A stretch of DNA of 64,000 bases from NCBI GenBank assembly GCA_965218695.1, contig OZ244651.1:1856001-1920000 (forward strand), given 5' to 3'. The notes beneath the pieces are model-generated. The model did no database searches, had not been told where the DNA came from, and worked only from the letters and a program-made list of their open reading frames with translations. This DNA comes from Nitrosopumilus sp. (GTDB lineage: Archaea; Thermoproteota; Nitrososphaeria; Nitrososphaerales; Nitrosopumilaceae). Numbering within the stretch: the stretch's first letter is position 1; each line of letters opens with the position of its first letter. Shown here one piece after another: positions 18,687 through 27,447 of this stretch. The translations under genes were made by a program, and so were the position numbers.

Positions 18687-20279
18687 ATGTTGAACTCCAT
18701 ATCTACAATCAGAAAATCCGCGTCTGTCTAATTTTTTAAAACTATTTTTGATCACTTGATCGAGTTTTTCTCTCCGTCCTAATTTTTAGATCATTGTTGC
18801 CCACGGTTTGCATATGTCTGATGATAATTCCGAGTCAAGGATTGCAGAACTGGAGGAAAAAGTGGGTGTGATGGCAGAGCAGATGGCCGAAAAAGACCGG
18901 CAGATGGCCGAAAAAGACCGGCAGATGGCCAAACTCGCTGATCTTTACGCTGCCGCCCTCAAACAGATCCAGGATCTCACGGCAGAGTTGCAGGAGGCAA
19001 AGGGCATCATATCGGCTGCCGTTGCAAGGAGCATCGGCGCAAAACCGGACAAAAAGACCGGCAGTACCCGGCGCCGCGCAAAGGGCAAGGGCAAGGCCAA
19101 GGGCAAGCCAAGTGACCACAAACGCACGGGCCTTGCGCGTCCTGAAAGAATAGACGCAGAGGAGACGGCAGATCCCCACACGTGCGACAACTGCGGCAGC
19201 TCCGACCTCTCCGAGTGCGTATCCACGTACACAAAGGTGGTAAGGGAGGCTGCCAAGACGGAACTAAAGCACATCAAGGTGACAGTAAAGAGAAGGCGTT
19301 GCAGGAACTGCAAGAGGACCGTGTCCGGCAGGACCCCGCTGGCACTGCCAAACTCCAGGTACGGGATCAACTTTATGATAATGATGGTCATCCTCAGGCT
19401 GCACGGCATGTCAGACCTCAGAATATGCAATATTGTCATGATGATGTACTCGGCAAGAATCACGGAATCTGCGATAAACCGCATGGTGTGCAGGATGGCC
19501 CGGGAGCTCGGGCCGCTGTACGAGAAGATCAAGGAGGAGGTAAGAAACTCGCCTGCGATAAACGGGGACGAGACAATCTGGCGCGTCGACGGCACGAACT
19601 ACTGGCTGTGGGTGGCTGTAGCCAGGTACGCCGTAATCTACGAGGTGCACCGCCACAGGAACTCGAAGGTTCCAAAAAAGATGCTCGGCAAGGACTACCC
19701 GGGATGCGTCACGTCTGACTCGTGGGCCGCGTGGAACGTCATCGGATCCGAACACCAAAAGTGCCACCTTCATTACGCCCGGGACATCAAGGACACCCTG
19801 AAATACAAGAATCCCGGCTACGACTACAAGCGTCACGCAAGGACGCTGCGCGCGATACTGTGGGACTCGCACATCGACGGCGCCGTTCCGGGAGGGGCAG
19901 ACGCGCTTGCCGCAAAGAAGAGGCTGGATCGTCGTATTGCGTCACTTATCGGCAGGCTCGAAAAGGACCGCGACTGCAAGCACTGCAACAGGATGCGCAA
20001 GAGGCTGGTGCGGGAAAAAGGCCACCTGTTTGCGTTTCTGGAGACAGACGGCGTCGAATACCACAACAACCGGGCAGAGCGGGCCATCAGGCCGTGCGTC
20101 ATCCTGCGCAAGAACAGCAACGGGAGCAGGTCAAAGAAGGGTGCAGATGCCATTGCCACGCTGATGAGCATCAAGCAGACATGCAAGGCAAGGGGAGATG
20201 ATCTTGGCACGATCCTGCGCGAGGGCCTGGCTCCACGTCAAAAAACTGCATAGACGCGCGTAGGCATGGAGTTCAACAT
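18687..20279 (+). mobile_element. IS66-family (single-ORF) element, complete (1593 bp)
   Basis: Perfect 14-bp IRs ATGTTGAACTCCAT (18687-18700) and ATGGAGTTCAACAT (20266-20279). 8-bp TSD TTGATCAA at 18679-18686 and 20280-20287. Confidence 0.85.
18808..20253 (+). CDS. IS66-family transposase
   Basis: N-terminal coiled coil, CDNC..CRNC, NGDET, TSDSW, QKCHLH, HNNRAERAIRP. Confidence 0.92.
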   Translation: MHMSDDNSESRIAELEEKVGVMAEQMAEKDRQMAEKDRQMAKLADLYAAALKQIQDLTAELQEAKGIISAAVARSIGAKPDKKTGSTRRRAKGKGKAKGKPSDHKRTGLARPERIDAEETADPHTCDNCGSSDLSECVSTYTKVVREAAKTELKHIKVTVKRRRCRNCKRTVSGRTPLALPNSRYGINFMIMMVILRLHGMSDLRICNIVMMMYSARITESAINRMVCRMARELGPLYEKIKEEVRNSPAINGDETIWRVDGTNYWLWVAVARYAVIYEVHRHRNSKVPKKMLGKDYPGCVTSDSWAAWNVIGSEHQKCHLHYARDIKDTLKYKNPGYDYKRHARTLRAILWDSHIDGAVPGGADALAAKKRLDRRIASLIGRLEKDRDCKHCNRMRKRLVREKGHLFAFLETDGVEYHNNRAERAIRPCVILRKNSNGSRSKKGADAIATLMSIKQTCKARGDDLGTILREGLAPRQKTA

Positions 20280-21356
20280 TTGATCAAAAAACTATGCAGT
20301 TACCTATATCCTAATTGCAAGACGGGATCTCGTGTTCAGCATCACCACCGTCAGCGTAACGGCAGCTGCCAGAACCGCCATGACGATCGCGCCAAACTCG
20401 GGCACTATCACCTCGACGGTCTCCATCTTTAGAAGGATGAGATCAATCTGCTCATCTACCTGTTCTATGGGAGCCCCGTTCCGCATCATGCCGCGCAGGT
20501 CCTGGCGCATCATGAGCTCTATCTCATTCATCAGCTCCCTCTCGCCTGCATCAATCAGCGGGCCCTCCAGAAACTCATAGTTGTCAAGGTACGCCTTTGT
20601 GGCATAGCTTAGCGCAAGATCGCCGTTGCCCTGCCTGTACTCGGATCTTGCGTCCTCAAGGAGCATCTGGATCTTCTGGACATAGTCCAAGAGTTTGTTT
20701 TCATCCTCGACGCCTGTAATCTCGTTGATCTGATCGATGATTCCGGCAGTCAGCGTCCCTACCACTTCGGGGTCCTCCTGCGTGCCGTATGCGTCCCAGA
20801 GCTGGGAGTATAACGCATCAATCTGTTCTGCCCGGTCAGGATCGACGTCTGGTCTTATCTCGCCTAGGATCTGTTGTGATCTCCAGACAAAGGCGGATCC
20901 GTCCTGAAACTCGGCCACGTTTGTGATGATTCCTTCGGATACTCCCACCTTGTACTCGACGGCTGATGTCTCCAGAAGGCTCTTCATCAATAGTAGTCTG
21001 AAGTCAGGATCATCACTCAGCGCATCTCTTACCACCGCACTGCGTACCGTCTCCACCATTGCCTTAGCCTCATCCACTGCCTCCTGTGCCTGCTCCCGGG
21101 AGACATCGGCTGTGGCCTTGTGCCGAAGGTCAGTCAGGATGGTCCGAAACTCCGCATCAAGTATAGGGTCTGCCTCCTGCAGGACGGGCTTTATGCTGTC
21201 GTACAGTTCTGCGATCGGGTGCGTTGCGTGAACCACTGCAAGCTTTGCGTTTCTCTCGTCCAGGTTAAGTTCTATGGCCCAAAAGTGTCCCAGTGCCTCC
21301 TCAAGGGTTGCAGCAAACTCCAAGTCACTGCCATCATCTGCAGATGCGCTCAGAAG

Positions 21357-22487
21357 TAGCGTGTTGCATAATTCAACTCAGTCACCCAAGACTTGTACCG
21401 GATTCGCCTATCCGACTCTACATTGCCCCTGCTCCCATGTCTATCAGCTTGTTGTAGGTGGCCACCTTGAGGTTGACCTCCTGGATCATGTTCTTCCATT
21501 TCAATGAGTACAGGTGCTCCCCGAACATTCTCTTGAATGCAGAAAACACAATCTCCACAATCCATCTCTTGCCGTATCCGACTCGAGTCTTCCACTCATC
21601 TTGGTTGCTTTTCTTCTCCTCGTCGGGCAGCCATTTCACCCGATTGGGATCAGAGCCGCCAAACTGGTCCCGGACTGCCATGCCCCACACGTCGCCTGCG
21701 CCTTTTCCTTTCGGGGTGGAGCTTACCTTGAGCTTGATGAGCGGGGTCACGTTACGCTCTTTGCATGCCTTTAGGTTGTCCCTGGAGGCGTAAGCGCCAT
21801 CGCCATACGCAGAACATTTTGCGGGACTGTCGGCATGGCCGGGTTCTGATGCCGGGCCCACGCAGTTCTCCAGGGCGTCATCAAGCAGCGGAACGAACAT
21901 GGGAGAATCCCCTGTCCGATCATCGGTGACACGGACTGCCAGTATCTTTTTTGTATCCACGTCAATTAGGACGTGCATCTTTACAAACCCGCGTCTTACC
22001 TTCCACTTTTGCCGTATCCACTCCCCCCTGTTGTGCTGTTTGAGGCCGGTAGAATCCACTGCAAGCCTGATTGCAGCGCCCTTGCTGCCGGTGACCGTGA
22101 TGATTCTGCCATTCCTCTGGACATCCAGCGACTGGATCCTTCTGAAGATGGTGGTATAGTGGGGCACTTGCTCCTCCCTGAGCACCTCCAGGACCATGCC
22201 CATCAGGTTCTTGTAGGGGATATGGATCATTGACTTTACTGCTGCCAGGGAGGCAAAGAACGAGTCTGCATACTGGAAAGGAGCCCCGACCTTGTGACGG
22301 TTGGCCTTTTTGACCTCGACGCATCTCTCCGGGTCATCGTGAATAATTAATGCCTGGCCGCGCCTGATGTATTTTTCGTTGTCCGTCTTCAATCCGACAC
22401 TCTAGGATCCACTGATCTTTAGCTTTTTCGGTCTAGAACACAGTCAACATCACTCACTGCAACTAGGCGTAATTATGCAACACGCTA
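21357..22487 (-). mobile_element. IS5-family insertion sequence, complete (1131 bp)
   Basis: Perfect 17-bp IRs TAGCGTGTTGCATAATT / AATTATGCAACACGCTA. 8-bp TSD CTCAGAAG at 21349-21356 and 22488-22495. Confidence 0.92.
21418..22392 (-). CDS. IS5-family DDE transposase
   Basis: PHYTTI, AVDSTG, KMHVLID, GDGAY, GYGKRWIVEIVFSAFKR. Confidence 0.92.
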   Translation of the reverse strand: MKTDNEKYIRRGQALIIHDDPERCVEVKKANRHKVGAPFQYADSFFASLAAVKSMIHIPYKNLMGMVLEVLREEQVPHYTTIFRRIQSLDVQRNGRIITVTGSKGAAIRLAVDSTGLKQHNRGEWIRQKWKVRRGFVKMHVLIDVDTKKILAVRVTDDRTGDSPMFVPLLDDALENCVGPASEPGHADSPAKCSAYGDGAYASRDNLKACKERNVTPLIKLKVSSTPKGKGAGDVWGMAVRDQFGGSDPNRVKWLPDEEKKSNQDEWKTRVGYGKRWIVEIVFSAFKRMFGEHLYSLKWKNMIQEVNLKVATYNKLIDMGAGAM

Positions 22488-22699
22488 CTCAGAAGCGGTG
22501 CCGCCATGAGGACTGATGCTGCAAGCAGAATCATGGCACGGGTCATCAAACTGGTAACAGGGAATGTATTTTTAAACGGTTTGAACATCATACGGACGTG
22601 TTTTATCGGCATGGAACTATGGCGTAATATCAGAGACAGAACCGGCAGGCATCATCCTGGTGCCGACATGGTTTTTAGTGGAGGGACACACTGTATTCC

Positions 22700-23014
22700 A
22701 TGGTGGTACCGGTAGTGATAATCTCCACGTATCCAAGCAGGAGCGACATCATGAGGATAGCAGAGATTCTGGTAAGCGAGAAGACTGCTGCATGCGTCAA
22801 CGTCTCTAATGTATCCTCGGTGTACTCGTGGAAGGGCAAGGTAGAGAATGCATCAGAGTGTATTGCAATATTCAAGACAACAGACAAGAACAGGGAGTTG
22901 CTAAAGAAGAGGATAGCACAGACGCACCCCTACGACGTGCCAGAGATAATGGAGGTTGATGTTACCTCAGTCAACGGACCATACCTAGACTGGCTCGAAG
23001 AGTCTGCAGGATAG
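22700..23014 (+). CDS. cutA: Divalent-cation tolerance protein CutA
   Basis: AACVN..SSVYSWKGKVE..HPYDVPEI..YLDWL. Confidence 0.93.
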   Translation: MVVPVVIISTYPSRSDIMRIAEILVSEKTAACVNVSNVSSVYSWKGKVENASECIAIFKTTDKNRELLKKRIAQTHPYDVPEIMEVDVTSVNGPYLDWLEESAG

Positions 23015-23016
23015 CA

Positions 23017-24051
23017 TCACACGGCATATCTCAGTATGGCGACGATTCCCCCCATGTTTGAGACCCTCAGTCCGACATCGGTTGAGGAGTCCACGCTGTA
23101 GACGTTTACCCCCTTGCCCTCGGCATCATTGAGCAGGTTGATCATACCCTGCTCGTCGTTGTCCTGTATGACCCGGTCTGAGAACACCAGTGATTCTACT
23201 GCGCTCATCTGGTTTGCCGTGACGGTGTCATCGAACCCCATGGCGAATTTTTTGCTCTTCTTGCTGACCATTACCATTACATCGTCAATGAGTGATGCGG
23301 CTCTTGCAAGCTTGTTTCCCGACATCATCTCCCTCATGGCCTGCGATCGTGTAAAGGTGTAGATTCCGTCCTCGCCGCCAGAGTCGATTCCCTCTGCCAC
23401 CCGGATGTCGTATCCTGTCATTCCCTTGAAGTTTGCAAGCCTTCTCTTGGTCTCGCCAGGCCCGAATATCACCACCGCGTCCCCCTCTCTGAGGGTTGCC
23501 GCGACGGCCTGCCGGACCTGTTCCAGGAATACCTCAAGCCGGAATCCTGTCTTGTATCTCTTTCCGCCTGCGCCAGAGTACATGTTGGGGATGAACTCAA
23601 GGTGCGTCCCCTTGAGCCTTGCAATGCCGCAGTCGCCGGTATCGATTGCGACCAGTATGTATCCTGTCTGGTTCCTGCCTGATTTGAGCAGCCTCCTCTG
23701 GACCGGCAGCCACCTATTCTTGGATACTGTGATGCCCTGTCCTGTCCTCACCACCAGGGAGTGGTGCGAGCCGTGGGGGACGGCTTCGTGGCTTGACTCG
23801 GTGATGGTTCCCTGTATTCTCAGCCTGTCAAGGACGCCATCCAGCGATATCTTCTCCACCTCCATGGATATCCTGACATGGATCCGCTCGCCCTTGTCAG
23901 GCCTTGAATAGTCCCGGTCCTGTTTTATGACCCGGGTGGTGTCCCCTACGACCCTGTCGCCACTCTGTATTATTCTCCGCAGGTTCAAGAGATCGTCTGA
24001 ATCCTCAGGCATCACGGCAACTGAATTATCATCTATACTCTTTGTGATCAT
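23017..24051 (-). CDS. pelA: Pelota / aDom34 ribosome rescue factor
   Basis: PEDSDDLLNLRRII..GD, DRLRIQG..GSHHSL, FGPGETK, GGIVAILRY. Confidence 0.9.
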   Translation of the reverse strand: MITKSIDDNSVAVMPEDSDDLLNLRRIIQSGDRVVGDTTRVIKQDRDYSRPDKGERIHVRISMEVEKISLDGVLDRLRIQGTITESSHEAVPHGSHHSLVVRTGQGITVSKNRWLPVQRRLLKSGRNQTGYILVAIDTGDCGIARLKGTHLEFIPNMYSGAGGKRYKTGFRLEVFLEQVRQAVAATLREGDAVVIFGPGETKRRLANFKGMTGYDIRVAEGIDSGGEDGIYTFTRSQAMREMMSGNKLARAASLIDDVMVMVSKKSKKFAMGFDDTVTANQMSAVESLVFSDRVIQDNDEQGMINLLNDAEGKGVNVYSVDSSTDVGLRVSNMGGIVAILRYAV

Positions 24052-24086
24052 GTAATGTCATTTCCGGGATGCAAAGAGAAAAGAGT

Positions 24087-24500
24087 TTAGTCCGTGGCGG
24101 AGTCTGCCTTCTCCTGGGTCTTTTTCTTCAGGTACGACTCGACCCAATCCAAGGTAAGGACGCCCGATTCTGCCAGGTTTGTAAGCGAGTTTGCAGACGC
24201 CTCGCCTGTGACCTTGCCGTTGTTTCTTCGTAATTGGCGCCACTTTAGCGACGTGTTCCCGCTCTTTGAGTTGTAGATGATCCCGAGTATGTCCCGTGCG
24301 TTTACAAATGTGATGTCCCGGATCTTCTTGAGGGTTACCTTGTCTGCGGCTTCAACGTAGATTGCGCCTTTGGTATCCTCCCGTTCTGCAAAGATCTCAT
24401 AGTCTCCAAGATAGCTTCTTGGCGCATAAGACTTACATGTGCTTGATATGACAAACCTCCTAAAGCTTTCCAATGATGCAGGAATGTCAATTGCAACCAT
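24087..24500 (-). CDS. Hypothetical protein (137 aa)
   Basis: ATG ORF with TATA-like GATAAAT upstream, co-oriented with pelota. Confidence 0.75.
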   Translation of the reverse strand: MVAIDIPASLESFRRFVISSTCKSYAPRSYLGDYEIFAEREDTKGAIYVEAADKVTLKKIRDITFVNARDILGIIYNSKSGNTSLKWRQLRRNNGKVTGEASANSLTNLAESGVLTLDWVESYLKKKTQEKADSATD

Positions 24501-24574
24501 TTTGACTGATTACGGGACTAGCCATTTATCAAGCTTCTTGAAAGATTCAAAAGGAATTCACACATGAGAGAGCA

Positions 24575-24640
24575 TGCGGGCAGTGATGAACCTATCCCTT
24601 TGAATAACGATGATGAGGATCTTGAGTTCTGAGCCACGCA
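24575..24640 (+). ncRNA. C/D-box sRNA; D guide complementary to the tRNA-Leu(CAA) anticodon loop
   Basis: C box GTGATGA 24583-89, D' TTGA 24600-03, C' ATGATGA 24610-16, D CTGA 24629-32. Terminal stem TGCG-GGC/GCC-A-CGCA; guides of 10 and 12 nt. Confidence 0.85.
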
Positions 24641-24696
24641 CCATGACATGATCTGATTCCCTGATGGTTTTAATTGGATGCAGTGTTATACACCAC

Positions 24697-25116
24697 ATGA
24701 AGTCGCTTACCGAGTACTTGACGTTTCACGTGGATACGCGGAGGGCCTTTGTCAACATAACCCCCGATATTCGTAGTCTTGTTGAGAAGAGCGGAGTGCG
24801 GGAGGGTCTGTGCCTTGTGAATGCAATGCACATCACTGCCAGCGTCTTCATCAATGACAACGAGGAGGGGCTTCATGCAGACTATGAGAAGTGGTTGGAG
24901 GGTCTGGCGCCGCACGAGCCCACAGAACAGTACCTTCACAACAGGACCGGCGAGGACAACGCCGATGCCCACCTGAAACGGCAGGTGATGGGAAGGGAGG
25001 TCGTGGTTGCCATAACCGGCGGGAGGCTGGACTTTGGACCCTGGGAGGCCGTATTTTATGGTGAGTTTGACGGCAGACGCCCAAAACGGGTGCTGGTAAA
25101 GATCATCGGGGAATGA
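24697..25116 (+). CDS. yjbQ: YjbQ / UPF0047 family protein
   Basis: [42 protein letters not shown]. Confidence 0.9.
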   Translation: MKSLTEYLTFHVDTRRAFVNITPDIRSLVEKSGVREGLCLVNAMHITASVFINDNEEGLHADYEKWLEGLAPHEPTEQYLHNRTGEDNADAHLKRQVMGREVVVAITGGRLDFGPWEAVFYGEFDGRRPKRVLVKIIGE

Positions 25117-25281
25117 TTAACCAAAGTCGACATCGCGCTTTTGGCTTTGTGATTCGTTCTTTCTTGCAGATTCTCGGAATGCGTCGTCGTGGTTTTGAGG
25201 TCCGTGCCCGCATTTTACGCAGGCTATCTTGAATCCGTCCTCGTACTTTTCATATGTCTGACATCCGCAGAAGCAGGCCAT
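25117..25281 (-). CDS. Small Cys/His-rich putative zinc-binding protein (54 aa)
   Basis: MACFCGC...CVKCGH....H. A TATA-like ATATAT lies about 25 bp upstream, and the stop abuts the yjbQ stop. Confidence 0.6.
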   Translation of the reverse strand: MACFCGCQTYEKYEDGFKIACVKCGHGPQNHDDAFRESARKNESQSQKRDVDFG

Positions 25282-25725
25282 GATGGTGTGGGGGGTCTGA
25301 TGGGATATATCTCTATACCAATGGCTGATGCATGCCCAGATCCCAACCCAAGATGGGCGCAGATATTCTCTAAGGAATACCTGGCAGGAAAGACCAAAAC
25401 CGTTCCGTCTGGAAACGATCCAAGCACGGTTACTTCCTGAGACGGCAGAAGATTTGGCAGAAGGCCTGCCGGCATTGCAGGCATCTGTCCACGCCATGTC
25501 ACGCCCCGATGCAGCCTGTCAAATACGCTGACATGGTTTTTCGGGCAGCAAGCCAACCGGTATGGGTTTAGCTTCAAGATACCGATCAGCCACCAGATCA
25601 ATCAATTGGGTATTCCCGGAATGGATCAATCCGGGTATGATTGACACGTCATGCTGCAAGGGATCATGTGCAGGCACGAACCAGAGAGACCATCTGCACA
25701 AGTTCGGATCTTCCGGCATGAGATT

Positions 25726-27399
25726 GTACGGACTCAGGTCCCCAAACTACACAAACTGGGCATGTGGTCTGACTGTGCAGGTACTCAACACTATGCGGCC
25801 GTTACCGGAATGGCGATCTGCTGATCCGGCGGCTTGAATATGCTCCAATCCGGGTCCATGATCAAATTTGCCAGTGCGACGTGCGGAAACATATCATGCT
25901 TGTGGCACGTGCGCGCCACCGATATGAGTACCGAAAAGACCTTCCTCCCCTCCGGGGTGGACAGCTGGTGGCGCACGTTCCTGTGCAGCACGGCCGTGTC
26001 GCGTATCTCCCGCTCGGCTGCGTTGTTATGCGGCGGCATGCCCGGGTGGCGGAGAAACGTAAAGAGGTGCGGGGCTGCGGCCTCGAGCGTTCCCCTGAAC
26101 TTGGACTCGCCGTACGAGGCTGTAATCTCGAGCAGTGTCTTTTCGAGTGCCAGGCACTTGCCGCAACCTGCCGACTCCTTGTCCTTGACAGAACGGTACA
26201 GTGCAAGCAGCCTGCGATAACATGACTTGTAGATGCCGCCGTGCCTGCATGCCAGTCTCTCGGCCTTGCGCAGTATGTGTATCCAGCACCTTTGCTTGAC
26301 GGGAAACGCGCCGTACACGCCGTACCCGTCTATCACCACGGGAACGCCGTACGGCCTGCCAAAATGCACGTCCAGCACTGCTGCGGCCCTGCTGGGGGCG
26401 GCCACCAGGTACGTGGCGTCCTTGGTCGTGACCAACCACACGTACCCCTTTTTGCCGTTCATCTTGAAGGGGGACTCGTCAAACTGCGCAAACGGGGCGA
26501 CCAGCACGTGGTCCAGAATCTCCGAGTAAGTGCCATCCAGCAGGGATCTTATCTCCCTGCGGGCGTTCCATATGGCGTTTGCAGATATGCAAAACCCGTA
26601 AAGGGCCTCAAAATAATACGCGATGGTGTCATCAGTGCTCCTCTTGTAGTAATACTCGTACACGAACCCCAGCGCCTTGGGGCCAAGCGACGTGCCGCGC
26701 AGCGTGGGCATGCCTGCCGTGCCGACCTGGCCGCACGCGCGGCACGCGGCCCTGTCAATCACGTACGCCACGCACACCACCCTCATGGTGCCGTCGTCTG
26801 CAAAATCATAGACCATCTTTATCTCTGGCGACAGGTGGTCTATTTTCCTGGAGCCGCATTTTCTGCACCTGCGCATCTTCAACTCGACAGTCTTTTCTGC
26901 CTTGTTCTGGTGGGACGCGCCTGCGTGTCCCATGGGTGGTCCACGGCGGGACGCGTTTTCTTTCAGGTCCCCCCTGGGTTCGTCCGGGTCTTGCGCTGCA
27001 TCTGCCTGCTCCCCATCCAGCTTGGCCTTCTCTGCCTCGTCCTCCTTGGCCATCTCTTTTCGGAATGCGGCGCGTTCTGCGTTGTACAGCGAGTCCTTGG
27101 ACGGCGGGACGTGCGGGTTTTCATAATATGCCAGCCTTCTGTCGCGATCCGCAAGCGCCAGACTCAGGCGGTCAATTTCAACATCGCGGCGTGCCAGCTT
27201 GTCAGTAAGATCTTTTACCACCTTGTCCGTCTTTTCCAGACGATTCTTGAATTCCTTAGTAACCTTTACCAGCTCCTCTCGCAGGAGAGCAGTCTCTGAC
27301 TTTTTCACGAGGATTAGACAAACATCGGGATCAATAAGATAGCATGGTCTAATTCAATGCACAAGAAGGGAAAATCTAGGCACGGACCTGAGTGCGTAC
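25726..27399 (-). mobile_element. IS66-family (single-ORF) element, complete (1674 bp)
   Basis: IRs GTACGGACTCAGGTCC (from 25726) and GGACCTGAGTGCGTAC (to 27399), 15/16 match. TSD CATGAGATT at 25717-25725 and 27400-27408. Confidence 0.9.
25791..27308 (-). CDS. IS66-family transposase
   Basis: Coiled coil, ENPHVPPSKD, GPPMGHAG, CRKC..CRAC, FDES, IDGY, QRCWIH, PPHNNAAEREIR. Confidence 0.92.
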   Translation of the reverse strand: MKKSETALLREELVKVTKEFKNRLEKTDKVVKDLTDKLARRDVEIDRLSLALADRDRRLAYYENPHVPPSKDSLYNAERAAFRKEMAKEDEAEKAKLDGEQADAAQDPDEPRGDLKENASRRGPPMGHAGASHQNKAEKTVELKMRRCRKCGSRKIDHLSPEIKMVYDFADDGTMRVVCVAYVIDRAACRACGQVGTAGMPTLRGTSLGPKALGFVYEYYYKRSTDDTIAYYFEALYGFCISANAIWNARREIRSLLDGTYSEILDHVLVAPFAQFDESPFKMNGKKGYVWLVTTKDATYLVAAPSRAAAVLDVHFGRPYGVPVVIDGYGVYGAFPVKQRCWIHILRKAERLACRHGGIYKSCYRRLLALYRSVKDKESAGCGKCLALEKTLLEITASYGESKFRGTLEAAAPHLFTFLRHPGMPPHNNAAEREIRDTAVLHRNVRHQLSTPEGRKVFSVLISVARTCHKHDMFPHVALANLIMDPDWSIFKPPDQQIAIPVTAA

Positions 27400-27447
27400 C
27401 ATGAGATTGCTACAAAGATATAAAACTCAGACAGAATGTTTTCATAT

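Larger units (their letters stand above)
20304..22546 (-). pseudogene. PEFG-CTERM surface protein (FTR1-associated-like helical domain) interrupted by an IS5 element
   Basis: Removing 21357-22487 and one TSD restores MTRAMILLAASVLMAAPLLSASADDGSDLEFAATLEE... in frame. The C-terminus is VIVPEFG + TM helix + basic tail; KAYLDNYEFLE motif present. Confidence 0.85.

Noticed and set aside
22571-22585. TTTAAACGGTTTGAA imperfect palindrome as a DtxR box for the PEFG-CTERM gene
   Set aside because: Short, overlaps the TATA element, and no second instance was seen to support a motif
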